Shown one piece after another: positions 26,542 to 38,934 of a stretch of 64,000 nt of DNA. Position 1 is the stretch's first letter. The number at the start of each line of letters is the position of its first letter. The position numbers and the translations under genes were made by a program. Source of the stretch: Vairimorpha necatrix. Taxonomy: Eukaryota. The notes beneath the pieces were generated by a model, which worked only from the letters and a program-made list of their open reading frames with translations, did no database searches and had not been told where the DNA came from. The stretch covers positions 372,001-436,000 of the forward strand of contig CP142726.1 in NCBI GenBank assembly GCA_036630325.1, in the 5' to 3' direction.

Positions 26542-28052
26542 TGTCGAATTGAGAAAAAACATTTATATACAAAAAATTATCAAGGATCATTAATTAAATT
26601 TGATTCAGTTTTATGATTTGTTTTTAATATCACAGTAGACAATTAATTCAAAATTTATTAAAATTAACATTAATTTCTATTTTTTAAAAAATCAATGCCA
26701 AATTGTTTTTAATACTACCAATAAAAGGAAAATTTTATGATCATTGTTTTCCGATTTATCATACTGATTAATTCATATATTACATTTGTATATGAAACAA
26801 ATATTTGTGATTGTAACTTACTAGTAATGAATGAAAATGGAATGTAAAAAACACTATAAAAAAGTTTTTTAGTTACTTTTCGAATAATGCAATATGATGC
26901 ATGCAAATGTCACATACTTATTGATAAATTTTTAATAATACAAAAAACAGAAACTCATAAATAAAAATATTGAAAATATGTTTTTAATAAAATTTATTTG
27001 TTACTGTCAAAACACCACATGTCAAATTTTTTAAATTTATGATATTTTTGGCAACTTGTATATAACGAATAAGCTTCAAACTTTAATATCATTAAATCAG
27101 CGTTCACTGACCTTTCTTAATTTTAGATATAAAATACACTTTTTTGTGCATTTGAATTGGAATTCTGTAACATTATTAGTCACATTACTCTATTTTTATC
27201 CCCCAAAAATTTTTTAATTATTTTATCCATAAATGATAAGAATGTCGATGAACAAAGAAAAAAATTCTAGATGAAATGATAAATCAAGAATATATAAGAT
27301 TTTAAATGATAACAACATGAAGATTTATATCTTTTTTAACTCATAATAAAACATTCGCTTGAAAAGAAGAAAGAGCTATCAACTTTTTATGTAATTTCAA
27401 CATTGTATCTAAAACTTTGTAAAACAATTAAGCATGCTTTAGAGTTAAAAATTTGTTAGGTTCCCGTTATAATGTTTAAATTGTAAGGGCTCGTAAATCC
27501 TTATATGATAAAATACTTCTTAATTGCGCCTATTTAGCTAACTTCACAATTATATTTTTTCTTTACAGGTAATGATAGCGGCCCTGACATAGGAACCTTG
27601 GGGGTTTGTAGTGATCTCTAAACAACTTGTACTAATCGATCTTTACTCGCTAAAATTCCTACTATATAAATTGCTGGAGCAGCAACCTGTGCGATATCCA
27701 GTAGACTTGACTCTAGGAGATTATATTTCCTTCTATATCTCGATCGCACGCCAAATAAAATCCCAGCGGGTATACTTAACACACATGTTTTGTGTAACAT
27801 GATAGGATATGTGCTATACTAGCCCAAGGGTCTCTACAATCATTCGTATCGCACACACGTCTCCTTACAGCACAAAAACAACCCCCATTTGATAAACTGT
27901 GTTGACACCAGTTTCTATTTAGTCTTGGCACTATTTTACAAGATCCTGTTGGATAAAGCCCATCATGCCTTTATTTTCTACTTCCTCTTCGTAACCTCTA
28001 ATATCATCCGCCTAGAGTGTACAGACATTGGAACAATTAGGGGTTATCCGGC

Positions 28053-29784
28053 GGTAACCGTAAATTCGCCTGTAGGCGAATTTACGGTTTTTCGCCAAAA
28101 ATTAAAATTTGCTCGTTTTTTCGCCAAAAAAAATACAAAAAAAAATTTATTGGTATTAAGAAAGAAATAAAAGATTTGAAAAGCTTTATTATAATTTTAA
28201 TTAAAATTTATTGGTTATAAAAAAAGCATTTATAATAAAAATAGGTTTATTGAATTAACTTATTCGCATTTGAAATTCACGTGTTGCAGTAAAGCATTCA
28301 TGTACTCTTCACGAGAATAATGTTTATAATTTTTAACGATTATTCTAATTTTTTCCTCTGTATTTTGGGTTTTTTTAGCTTCAAATAATCCCTTTTTATA
28401 ACGTTTTAGATTATATATCCATTTCTTCACAATCGAGTATTCTTGAAATAAAAAGAGCGATATTTGGATTTCTTGTCTCCATCCTCTTGTTTATGGTTCT
28501 ATTCCAGCTTTCTGCATTGTTAGAAGTCCGAGGAATTTCATTTTTTACCCTATCAAATACATTCCAAAAATTTATATTGGCGACAGCTCTCCCACCATTA
28601 TCTTCTCTTGTTACATGGGAAACTAAATAATTATTTTCAAAGTATAACTGAAAGTTAGCTGTGGTTGTAATTGAATTATCTTGTATAAATTTCTTAATAT
28701 CTTTATAAAAAACCGGAACATCTCGTATTGGCACAAAACCTTATACAAGAATCTTTTTGAATACTAGATTATAGTTAGAATCGTTTTTAAACTTTTCTAT
28801 GTCCCCCATTGCCCCGACTCTTTTATAGGCTACCTGCCCAAGATGAAACAAGCATCCATTACAATTTGCTCCAGGGAAAGATATTCGTAATGCATTGACC
28901 AATCCTCTCTCAAAATCAGTCACAAAGTTCTTAACATCCATAGTAACTAATTCCTTGCATTTATCGAAGGCTCTAGAATATGACCTTTCACTTTTTCCCT
29001 TGAGTAAAATATAAATGTATGGAAAACTTTTGCCAAATATATGTCCATGAAAGACGACAATTTTGTAAAATCCTTGAGGAGAAGATTTAAACGTTCCATC
29101 GACAACGAACGTATCTATTTTTTCAATCATACTTTTTTTGAATTCTGAAAAAAATATTATAAATCTATCATTATCCTGCATACCACTATCAAATCTAAGA
29201 AAACGATTTTTTTTAGAATCTACTTGCAAGACTTCGGGTATATCCATAATGCAACCAGTTATAAATCCGAGTCTTGAATTTCTTGTTCGTTTGATTGTAT
29301 CTCTTAAATATTCTTTGGAAGGCATTTTAGTAATATCTAAGCTGGTTGACAATGCTGGGAGTTGTTTTTTTTATTATTTCTAATGAGTTTTCATTACTTT
29401 TAGCAACTTGTTCTTTTATTTTTTTGATAGTTCTTTTAAACATGCATTTCTCAGGTACTGGTTCATGTGAATGAATAACTTTTTTAACGATTTCGTTTTG
29501 TTCATTCATTATAATGGCACCTCTACAAGACCTATTACTGCACCTCCATCGCCTAGTGCCGTCCTTATTGTAGTCTAAAGTGTATATCTGATCTTCATAG
29601 ATAAGATTTTGCCCTCCACGTTGACCTTTAAAAATTTCAAAGTTGTCGTTCATTTTTTTAAGGGTAGATTTTCGGCGAAAAAAAAGGAAAAATTTTATGG
29701 ACAAAATTTTTGGCGAAAAACAACCATTTTTGAACTTTTGGCGGAAAACCGTAAATTAGCCTGTAGGCGAATTTACGGGTACCC
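28053..29784 (-). mobile_element. Mutator/MULE DNA transposon
   Basis: TIRs GGTAACCGTAAATTCGCCTGTAGGCGAATTTACGG...; flanked by an exact 80-bp direct repeat. Confidence 0.92.
28260..29653 (-). pseudogene. MULE transposase with FLYWCH zinc finger, frameshifted
   Basis: WRCSNRSCRG...HSH, VDGTFK, VTDFERGL, GCLFHLGQ, RTSNNAESWN. Confidence 0.9.
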
Positions 29785-30675
29785 ATTTTCTACTTCCTCT
29801 TCGTAACCTCTAATATCATCCGCCTAGAGTGTACAGACATTGGAACAATTAGGGGTTATCCGGCATTTAGTTTTATGTATTTTTAATCGCTACAAAAAAG
29901 ATGTTGTTTTTTCGGGCTTAAGGTGCTTTATCTACTAAGAGAAACCCCCTATGGCTAGATGCACACGAGTTTCCTTTGATCAACTTAATGTTTTTCGACG
30001 ATAATTATATTAACTGTGTTTTCCAACTGCATCATAAAAAGTAGAAACATTTTACTGCCTATGGGATTCGAACCTAGCCATGCATAATGGAAGCATTGCC
30101 TTCAAAACTGGCTAAGGGCCTTTTACCTTTTATATAAAATTTAACATTTTTCTTTAAAATCAACCCGCTCGCTGTCCATGATCATCATTCCAAACCATAC
30201 AGTTTTAAAATTCTTAAAATTTCTTTTGATATTTTTCCGGGGTTCTCCATATTTGTGAAAAGCTCAATCAAACACATTCGTCACGAATTCAGCTTCAATT
30301 ATATTTACACGACTATAATCATTACTTGTTAATTCACGATTTGATTTCGACCCCTGTAATTGTTTATGTCAAATGGGTCGTAAATAATATCAAATAAAAT
30401 ATTATTCTTTTGTAGATTCGGACATCAAAAAAGCAATTTAAAACAAAAGAATCAAATTAAAAATTTATGTCTTTATTTATCATTATAGGGGATAGAAATT
30501 ATACAAATATATCACATCCCCCCTCAAGACGGTTAGTCTCATCTAATTTTCACATCTACCCCAAGCATACCCTTCAGATCATAATGTCTCTTCTTCACAA
30601 GCCCACCATTACTAAGTTTTACAATATAAGAATCTTTTCCACACTTTTCAACAATTTTTCCTGTATCCAAAAATC

Positions 30676-31928
30676 GGTTAAGTTCTCGACTTACCCCCCC
30701 CCCCACCCCTAAAAAAAATAAAAAAGGGGAAAAAATAAAAAAAAATAAAAAAAAATAAAAAAAGGGGAAAAAATAAAAAAAATAAAAAATTTGACCCATA
30801 ATGAGAATTAAAGAATTTAGAAAACTCATCTATAAAAAAAATGAGTTAATGCAATTTTTAATTGCAAAAAACATTTTGAGGGTCCCTATGTGCAATAAAT
30901 GCAATATACCAATGACTCAAAATCGAACCAACACTGAAAACTATCGTTGTTATTCAAGACGTGATGGTAAAAAATGTTCTAACAAAGGAACCATAATGAA
31001 ACAAAGCGTTTTTAAGAACTCAAAATTGCCTATTGAGGATCTTTTAATATTGCTTTGCGAATGGGTAAAGGGTTCAAGTAATTTGGCCGCCACGTTAGAA
31101 CTTGATATAGGTAAATGTACGGTATCAAGATGGTTTACGCGTTTTAATAACGCCGTGTACGTCTCTTATTCAACATATATAAACAATCAAACGATTGGCG
31201 GCGTCGGTTGTATTGTTGAAATTGATGAAACTTTACTTGTAAAAAGTAAAAACCATGCGGGAAGGGTTCTTCAATATCAAGTATGGGCAGTTGGAGGCGT
31301 TGTGAGAGGGGATGCAAATTCTTTTTTCTTTGAGATCGTAGAAAATAGAACAAGAGCTACTCTTGTTGAATTAATTACAAGAAAAATTGCTCCGGGGACC
31401 ACAATTGTGACAGATTGTTGGCGTGGTTATAGTGATATTCAAACAATCTGTGCAGAATATGAGTATCTACATTTGACTGTGAATCACAGCCAAAATTTTG
31501 TTGATAATATAACTGGTGCGCATACTCAGACTATAGAGGGAATGTGGTCGGTTATTAAAAGAGAACTAAGAAAAGGCGGAACTAGTCATGGTACTATTAT
31601 GAATCTTGTAAGAAAGATTTACATTAACAGATTCAAATTAATATATCGTGAAAATCTATTAGATAAAATGTTAGAATTTTTTCAAATAGGTAATTTTAGT
31701 ATTGTAGCTTATGATATTATTCCTGAAATAGACTTTACAATTGTGGAATAGTTTTTTTGTTTTTTTTTTTTTTTTGGGGGGTAAGGGGGGGGTTAAGTCG
31801 AGAATTAAACGTTTTTTTATTTTTTCCCCTTTTTTTATTTTTTTTTATTTTTTCCCCTTTTTTTTATTTTTTCCCCTTTTTTTATTTTTTTTAGGGGTGG
31901 GGGGGGGGGGTAAGTCGAGAACTTAACC
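30676..31928 (+). mobile_element. Intact Merlin DNA transposon inserted in the Gypsy integrase region
   Basis: TIR GGTTAAGTTCTCGACTTACCCC...; perfect 8-bp TSD CAAAAATC. Confidence 0.95.
30801..31751 (+). CDS. Merlin / ISXO2-like DDE transposase (316 aa)
   Basis: N-terminal Cys ribbon; IGGVGCIVEIDET, TDCWRGY, VNHS, HTQTIEGMW. Confidence 0.95.
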   Translation: MRIKEFRKLIYKKNELMQFLIAKNILRVPMCNKCNIPMTQNRTNTENYRCYSRRDGKKCSNKGTIMKQSVFKNSKLPIEDLLILLCEWVKGSSNLAATLELDIGKCTVSRWFTRFNNAVYVSYSTYINNQTIGGVGCIVEIDETLLVKSKNHAGRVLQYQVWAVGGVVRGDANSFFFEIVENRTRATLVELITRKIAPGTTIVTDCWRGYSDIQTICAEYEYLHLTVNHSQNFVDNITGAHTQTIEGMWSVIKRELRKGGTSHGTIMNLVRKIYINRFKLIYRENLLDKMLEFFQIGNFSIVAYDIIPEIDFTIVE

Positions 31929-33263
31929 CAAAAATCTTCCTTTTTCATACTTATTAACACCTGCCAAATTTTCTCGTTTAGCTATTCTTACCAATTGACA
32001 TTTACTAAATTTTTCGATCTTTCCCTTTCCAAACCTATTACAATATTTCCCTATAGGGCTATTTTCAAGCATTACGTCTCCAGTTTTATCTTCAGTCGCT
32101 TCATTTGGTGTACATTTTATTCCCGTATGATAGCTCTGATTATATATATCGATATTTTTATTCACTTTCCATCAAAAGTTTCCGCATCCGACTTTATAAT
32201 ATTTTCTCTCAAAGTTCCAATACCACGCTCTAAGCTTCCGTTACTTCTAAGCGCTTCTGTACTTACTTGTCGGTGTATTATATCCAGATCTCTACACAAT
32301 TTTCATAATTCCACGTTATAAACTTCTTTTCGTTATCCGTAATAATTTCTTCCAGTTTCTTTCCTTGCTCACATAACCTCTTCAAGAATCCAATATAATT
32401 ATTACTTTACTTGTTATTTATAACTACTCCCCATACTCTACGTGTAAAATAATCGATATCAACTAAAATATATTTCTTCTAATTTCTAAAGTCTATCAAT
32501 TCAAATGCAACCTTCTCTAAACATCTCGACGTATCTACAAATTCACTAGTTCCCATATTTTTCCTGTTATATATCTGGCATATCTGACACTGTTTTATAA
32601 CCTCATTTATTTCTTTCTTTACTCCTGGCTAATAGTATTCTTCTCGTATTGCAAAATAAACACTTGTTATACATCTATGACCTACTTTTTCATAATATTC
32701 TTGGAATAATTTTCTCTTAATATTCTCTGGTGGTATTTCAACTTTACGTCCTGAGTCAAATTGCCAATATTGTTTTCCATTCTCGGTTATAACATGCGCC
32801 TTCCATTTACCTTCTGTTTGCTTGATTGTTAGCTCTTTATTTTCATTTGTTTAATATCCTCTCCCATGTTTATTGACTCAACGCATCTGCTGCCACCATC
32901 TAATCAGGTTTTATTAATTTAACACTATAACAATTCTTGTACCTTCTCGATTGTACTATTTATTCCGTTATTGTCAAAAAACAGTTTATTTTTCTTATCT
33001 CCACCAGTCCTTTGTAATCCGTTCCTATCTTGAATTTCCTACCTCTTAACTCGTATTTAAATTTATCAATGCCTTAATATATCGCAAGCATTTCCTTTTC
33101 TGATATACCATATCTTACTTCTGTTGGTGTTAGATTTTTTAGATCCCCATTGTATAGCAACCCATTTTCCATTCTCATTCTTCTGACGTGACGGTGCACC
33201 TAATCTCAAGTTGCTAGCATCTGTTCTTAGAATGAACTCCTTATTATGGTGCGGCAATCTTAG

Positions 33264-33607
33264 TGGCGTGTTTACCGGGGAGCTTGCCTATGGCAAGGAA
33301 GCAGTTAATGATGCTACGGTTTGGTTGCCGTGAAACCCGGAGTTTAGATAATTGAATATTAATTGTTTTTTTGTTACAAAAAGAGTTTGGCTTATCTGAA
33401 TTATAGAAAAAGAGTGTTTGTTATTAATAGAGAGATGAACCATGTTGAAGATGTATTTTCTTTCAAAATAGTTGAGTAACCAATAGAAGTAAATGTGATA
33501 TAACTAATCAATAATTACTGCCCATCATTGATCGTCACGGAGAAGGATCAACGTTTTAGTTTCCATTGGATAATTATAGAACATGCGGTATAATCTATTA
33601 TACCACA
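33264..33607. mobile_element. 344-bp non-coding insertion (solo-LTR-like) in Gypsy pol
   Basis: TG...CA ends; CTTAG direct repeats; removing it restores GRLRLPHHNKEFILRTDAS. Confidence 0.7.
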
Positions 33608-36044
33608 CTTAGTCTCCCCATATTTTATAGCATATTTTTAATTTTAGTAAATTCCTCTTTCATTTCTTCCGTCCATTTTCACGAATAGCCATTTTTTTCA
33701 AACTATCAGTCATTTTCAACGTCAACTCGGCGTAATCTTTTTAAATTGTCTGAACCAATCAGCATATCCTAGAAACTTTCTCAATTCCGTCAAAGTTTTT
33801 GGTTCTAAATGCCTAAAGGCTTCATTTTTCTTTATTTCGTCGGCCGTCATGTCTGTTCCATTCAGCGTCCCACCTAATTATTTTACTCCCGCTTGTCTAA
33901 CCCGTATTTTTTTATTTAATTTCATTTTATTTCTCTTAATTATTTCTAAAACCTCTAAAACTAGTATATCGTGTATACGCAATTTGTTGGTATGTATGAC
34001 TATGTCGTCCATGTATACCTCAACACCATTTCCTCGCAAATCCTCAAAAATCTTATTCATCGTTCGCTGTAGTATCTGCGGGGAGTTTTTGTATCCCATC
34101 ACCATACTATTCCATTCGTAAACTTTTTTATTAAATTCAAACGCCGTCTTATGTTTATCTTTTTCTTCGATTTCAAAATGGTAAAATGCTTCTTCGCAAT
34201 CAACAACAGTAAATATTATCGACCCTTGCATAGCTATTATTATTTCTCTCATATTCGTTAGCTCATACGGGTCTTTCTCGACTAAATCATTCAACCCTAT
34301 AAAGTTACTAACAACTCTTACTATACCGTAGGGTTAAGTATCGCTCTTATTGGGTTTCGCCATTCCGATGACGATCTTCTTATAATCTTTCTATTTTCTA
34401 AATCATGATTATATTCTTCTTTCTGTTTTATAAAAGCCTGTGGGATCGTCTGTCCCTTTCTAACTATCTTCTTACCCTCTGATGTATCAATCTTACACTT
34501 CTCTAATGTACAATACTTCTGAAATCTTCTCCTTGTTAAAACCTCTCCAGAAATCGCTTTGAATCCTCCAACGCAAATTCCCGCTTCAGTATTCTTTTTT
34601 TCTTCTCTTTATTGCTCGCATATATTCTTTCTTTCTGTCTTCTTTTACTATTATTATATTTCTTTACTTTACTCGTTTTGTATGTTCACTTGGTTTATAT
34701 TTTATATCATCATTACTGCTACTACAACTTTGACTTTCGTCTAACTTTAAGTGCGGATTATACTTTTATTATTTTCCTGATCATTTTTCTTTCCTACATA
34801 GCAGTTCCTAGACATATGGCCAAATTTGTTACTATTAAAACAATTCCTATTTCTTCTTAATTCTTGTACTTGATTCCTCGCAACTAAATCTTTCTCTTGC
34901 ATTTCTTTTCCCATAGGTTCTCTAAGATTCTCAGCTATAGCCTCCATAAGCTCTCTCCTGTTTTCTTCTTGTTTTTTTGTGTTTTTCTTCTCTACACATC
35001 TCCTCCTCCAATTCTAAATTATTTTAAAATATTTGTCCTCTCTACTAAGTCTTTCTACCATAAAACTTTTTATTTCTTCACTTACTTTCATAAATATTCT
35101 CTGCTTACACATACTGGATTCTACTTCCTCCATCTCTAACCTATACATGATTCTTCTAACTTCCTTTAATAGCTTTTTGGCCTCTAGAGCACTGTCCACA
35201 CTTGTAAACTTTCGATTCGGTATCGCCCCTATGTACTTATTTATTATTATAAGGATAAAAATTATACAAATATATCAAAATTCATAATAAACAAGCTTTT
35301 CAAACCTAATTTTAGACAATACTAAATAAAAACTATATACCTAATGTTGCACGATAAATTTTAGTTTCAACAACCCTAAATGTTGCAATGAAATGCATTA
35401 TTTATTAGTTTCATATTCTAGCTATTTATATAACTAACCAAATGTTTAGATTATTCTTTTGGGGATATTCTCTGATTTGTCAATTTTTTCGTTAAAGGTA
35501 AAGCATCCTTTTCGACTTCCCATAAAGCAGTTTTTATATACTGTTATGCAAGTGTTGTTGGCCAAACCATTTCTATTGAGTAAAATTTTATTCATATCTT
35601 TAAAAAGCACTAATCATCATATTGCTGCTTATATTGTGATCATTCTATTTGTATATCATTAATCATCAAATTATATATCCGCCTTTGCTAGCATCTGTTG
35701 TCTATAATGTACTTTAGTGATTTTATATACAATGAACACATTTTGTACAATTGTTTAGATCTAATCTAGTTTATATGGGGGTAAATATTTTTTTTTCACA
35801 TATCACAACCACCTTCTTTATGACGCCCACTCATGTATCACCGGATACTTAGAATCCATTTTTTGAATTCATTGTCATCAGTATCTGCACATTTAACCTG
35901 ACACAGAAAGTAGTTCAATATCAAATTTTCAAACTTATTTATGTATATATGTCCACGTTAGGAATTTATTGAAGCGTTTAGTCTTTTCGCAGGGTAATAT
36001 TATAAATACCACAAATTAATTATTTTTATTTTATCAATTTCCCC

Positions 36045-36084
36045 TTTTTGGAAAATAGACCATTCGACCGGTCTATTCCAAAAA
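36045..36084 (+). repeat. Dispersed palindromic motif
   Basis: TTTTTGGAAAATAGACC-ATTCGACC-GGTCTATTCCAAAAA. Confidence 0.8.
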
Positions 36085-36650
36085 TTAAATATTTATTTCT
36101 TTTTGCCCTGACCCCCACCGGACCATGAAGCTGCCAAACGATCAATTCCCTTGTTCGTATGACCAAGGAAGGGCTGTAAGCCAGGGACCAGACTCCCGCA
36201 AAGGATGCCCAACGAGGCCGGAATTACAATAAAACAATTTACTTGATAGAACAATATTTATCCAAAGGTATCTCCTTTGAATTACTTCACGCAAAAACCC
36301 AGTCAAATATTTCGTTTCAAATTGTCAAGCAATTTATAATTTGGAATTGTCCTGATATATTTTTATGAATTTAATTACTTAAAGATTGTACAGAAAATAT
36401 ATATTGAGTATCAGAAAAGAACGATAGCAGCAGAAACAAGTAATAAATACTTAGAAACAAATACCTTAAGATCATTATAAACTATAACAAGTGAAAGTAA
36501 AAAAAATACTTGGAATTTTAAAGAGAGACGTAAAGTGAGCTATCATATCGATAAATTTATTGTAAACAGAGAGAATTGATAGCGAAGGACTATTTACCTC
36601 GATGAATAATATTTTAATGGAAAAAAACGCAAAAAGATTGTAAAAAAGAT

Positions 36651-36994
36651 TTAATTGTTTTTTCTAAAAAATTCCAAAGCACCAATATACATATTTAGTA
36701 GCTCTTCTTCAGTTATAAAATCTGCTTTCAGATAATCTGCAGAAATTATTTTGTTTCTAGTTCTTTTGTTCTGAAACCACCCGTAGATGGTTTGAACATT
36801 GCATCTAAACAAAAAACACAAATCTTTTACCAAAATTTGGTCGGGAAATTTAATATCCAAAAAAACAACCCAAAGTACATATTCTTGTACTTTAGTAAGT
36901 TTCATGGCGTTAAAAGTTTTATTTGTTTTTAATTTCAATATCCCTAAAATTGCTTGGGCTTCGTTCTCATCTCATTGATTCTACTATTCTTCAT
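36651..36994 (-). CDS. Small homeodomain protein (copy 3); apparent 1-nt frameshift near the N-terminus
   Basis: TIYGWFQNKRTR recognition helix; EAQAILGILKLK motif in frame upstream; ATG at 36994 is out of frame. Confidence 0.75.
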
Positions 36995-37855
36995 ACCCAT
37001 GCAAGAAAAAACATTTATATATTATATACTATAAAAAAATTAATTAATAACAATACTAATTAGAGTTTCTTCATCAACAAGAAACAATTGGTTGAATATC
37101 GTTAGTTAATGTGATATTATATTGAATTTTAGAAAATAAAAAAAGTACTAATCCATTTTTAGTATTAACAATGCAATTTGATTCTTTATTTATTGTTTTC
37201 ATAGATCTATCATATACATATATTAATTTATTACATTTAATTATGAATCCAAATTAAAAATTATATTTTTATCAGTGAATTAGTTTAAGACAATAATATT
37301 AGAAAAAAAAGTAGTAGGATATAGTTTTTATTCTATATATAATTATAATATATTTTACCATATTTGCTTCTGATCAATTTAATTTAAATAAGTTATATTA
37401 CCAAAATGATCAGTTATTTGTTTTGAATGAACTGCTATATAATGAAAGTAAAAATACGAAAAAAATTTACGTCGTAATGAATGAACATAAATGCTTTAAT
37501 CGTTTTGTTTTTGTTTTTTGATAAAAAATAAAAAATGTCAAATATTTTGATGTTTGAATCATCAGACATAACAAAACATTCAATAATAAATAAATTATAA
37601 TCTATTCATCTTAATAATGAAATATAATTCATACTATTGTATATTGTTTTTTAAAAAGTTATTGGGTATTAATATTGTATTGAGTTATATAATATTACTT
37701 TATTTATTATGAAACTAGACAAAACTTTCTTAATTTAACAACGGGCACTCATTATATTAGTAATACGTACCTTTTGGCGTCAATGTAAAGATGCAATATA
37801 TTGGACACGAAGGTTCCTCTTTGCAAATATTATTAATTATATATCATCTCAATAA

Positions 37856-38649
37856 AAGGTGCCCTTATCACAGTGGTAGAATGCTATGCTTCCATTGAGC
37901 AATAGCTGGGTTCGATTCCCAGGGGCACCAAAATTGTTTCTACTTTCTATGATGCAGTTGGAACAACTCAGATGATGAAAATGTCCACGATAATCATTAA
38001 TTTGATTCAATGAAACTTGTGTGTGTCCAGCCACAAAGGGATTAGCATCTAGTGTAGAAACGCACCTCAAAGCCAAAAAGCAGTACCGCCCTTTGGTGAC
38101 TTTTTGATACATAAAAGTATCTAATGGGTACGGCCTAGTTGGAGCCCATGGCTGGTGCACTCTAGAGTGGGATCTTGGAGCTAACTAAGAGACTAGACGA
38201 AGCAGGGCAATAGAAGGTCTCGTGGACCCTATCCTACATGATTCTGTAACACGGTGGCTGATACTAGTGGGAGACTGGTGGTCAACGCAGCCCAATAAAA
38301 ACGCCGAGCTGGGGATGTGGTCGTGTAAGGAGCCGTGTGTGCAATACAGATGATTGTAGGGACCTTTGAGTCAGTACGATGATGTCTCTCCTCGGGTTAT
38401 AGATAACCATGCCCGTTAAGTATATCCGCTGTGAGGTCACTCTGGACGCGATTTGAGGTATAAATGGAAAGTGTTCTCCTGGTGCCAAAGTCCAATGGAT
38501 ACGGCGGAGCTTGCTGCACCGGCAAGTTGTATGGAGGGAGTTTTAGTGAGTAAGAATCTCACAGTACCAGTTGAATGAGGATCACACCCAAATTTCTCTG
38601 GTCCCTATGTAAGGTTTCTCTTTACCTCTTACTTGCAAGAAAAAAAAAA
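37856..38649 (+). mobile_element. tRNA-derived SINE-like element, copy 4, with a 15-bp TSD
   Basis: ATATCATCTCAATAA at 37841-37855 and 38650-38664; head 37858-37930; poly(A). Confidence 0.93.
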
Positions 38650-38934
38650 ATATCATCTCAATAACATACATTAATTGCTTTTACATCTTATTTTTAAATT
38701 TCAAATTGTGTTGATTAAATTAATATAAGAAAATTATAGTTTTTTGAAAATAGTAGAAATATTTTCTAACCATATGAATTGTACGAGTGATTAAATTTTA
38801 ATATTATTGTATATAAGAAATTTTTAACATTTCAATGTATTTTTATGTTATTTTCACAATATTTCATTCTAGTAGTAAATATTAAATTAAAACTCTTTGT
38901 TTATGTTTTAACCGTATTCCAAAATCTTTGGGAG

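Larger units (their letters stand above)
27555..30120 (-). mobile_element. Older SINE copy on the minus strand, split by a Mutator element
   Basis: Reverse complement shows a tRNA-like head (GGTTCGAATCCC) at about 30050-30120 and the 3' body with A-tail at about 27555-28050. Confidence 0.8.
30468..35279 (-). mobile_element. Ty3/Gypsy element 1, decayed, with ~49-bp LTRs
   Basis: LTRs 30468-30516 and 35232-35279; PPT GAGGGGGGA; flanks ATTTA/ATTCA; gag knuckle (CFNSNKFGHMSRNC), RT YMDD, RNase H TDAS, integrase remnants. Confidence 0.88.

Noticed and set aside
30705-30790. CRISPR-like or telomeric array
   Set aside because: Low-complexity subterminal repeats of Merlin; no unique spacers and no cas genes
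33258-33613. Helitron interpretation of the 344-bp insert (TC start, 3' hairpin, CTTAG end)
   Set aside because: The end is not CTRR, and the Gypsy pol motif fits better if CTTAG is a target duplication
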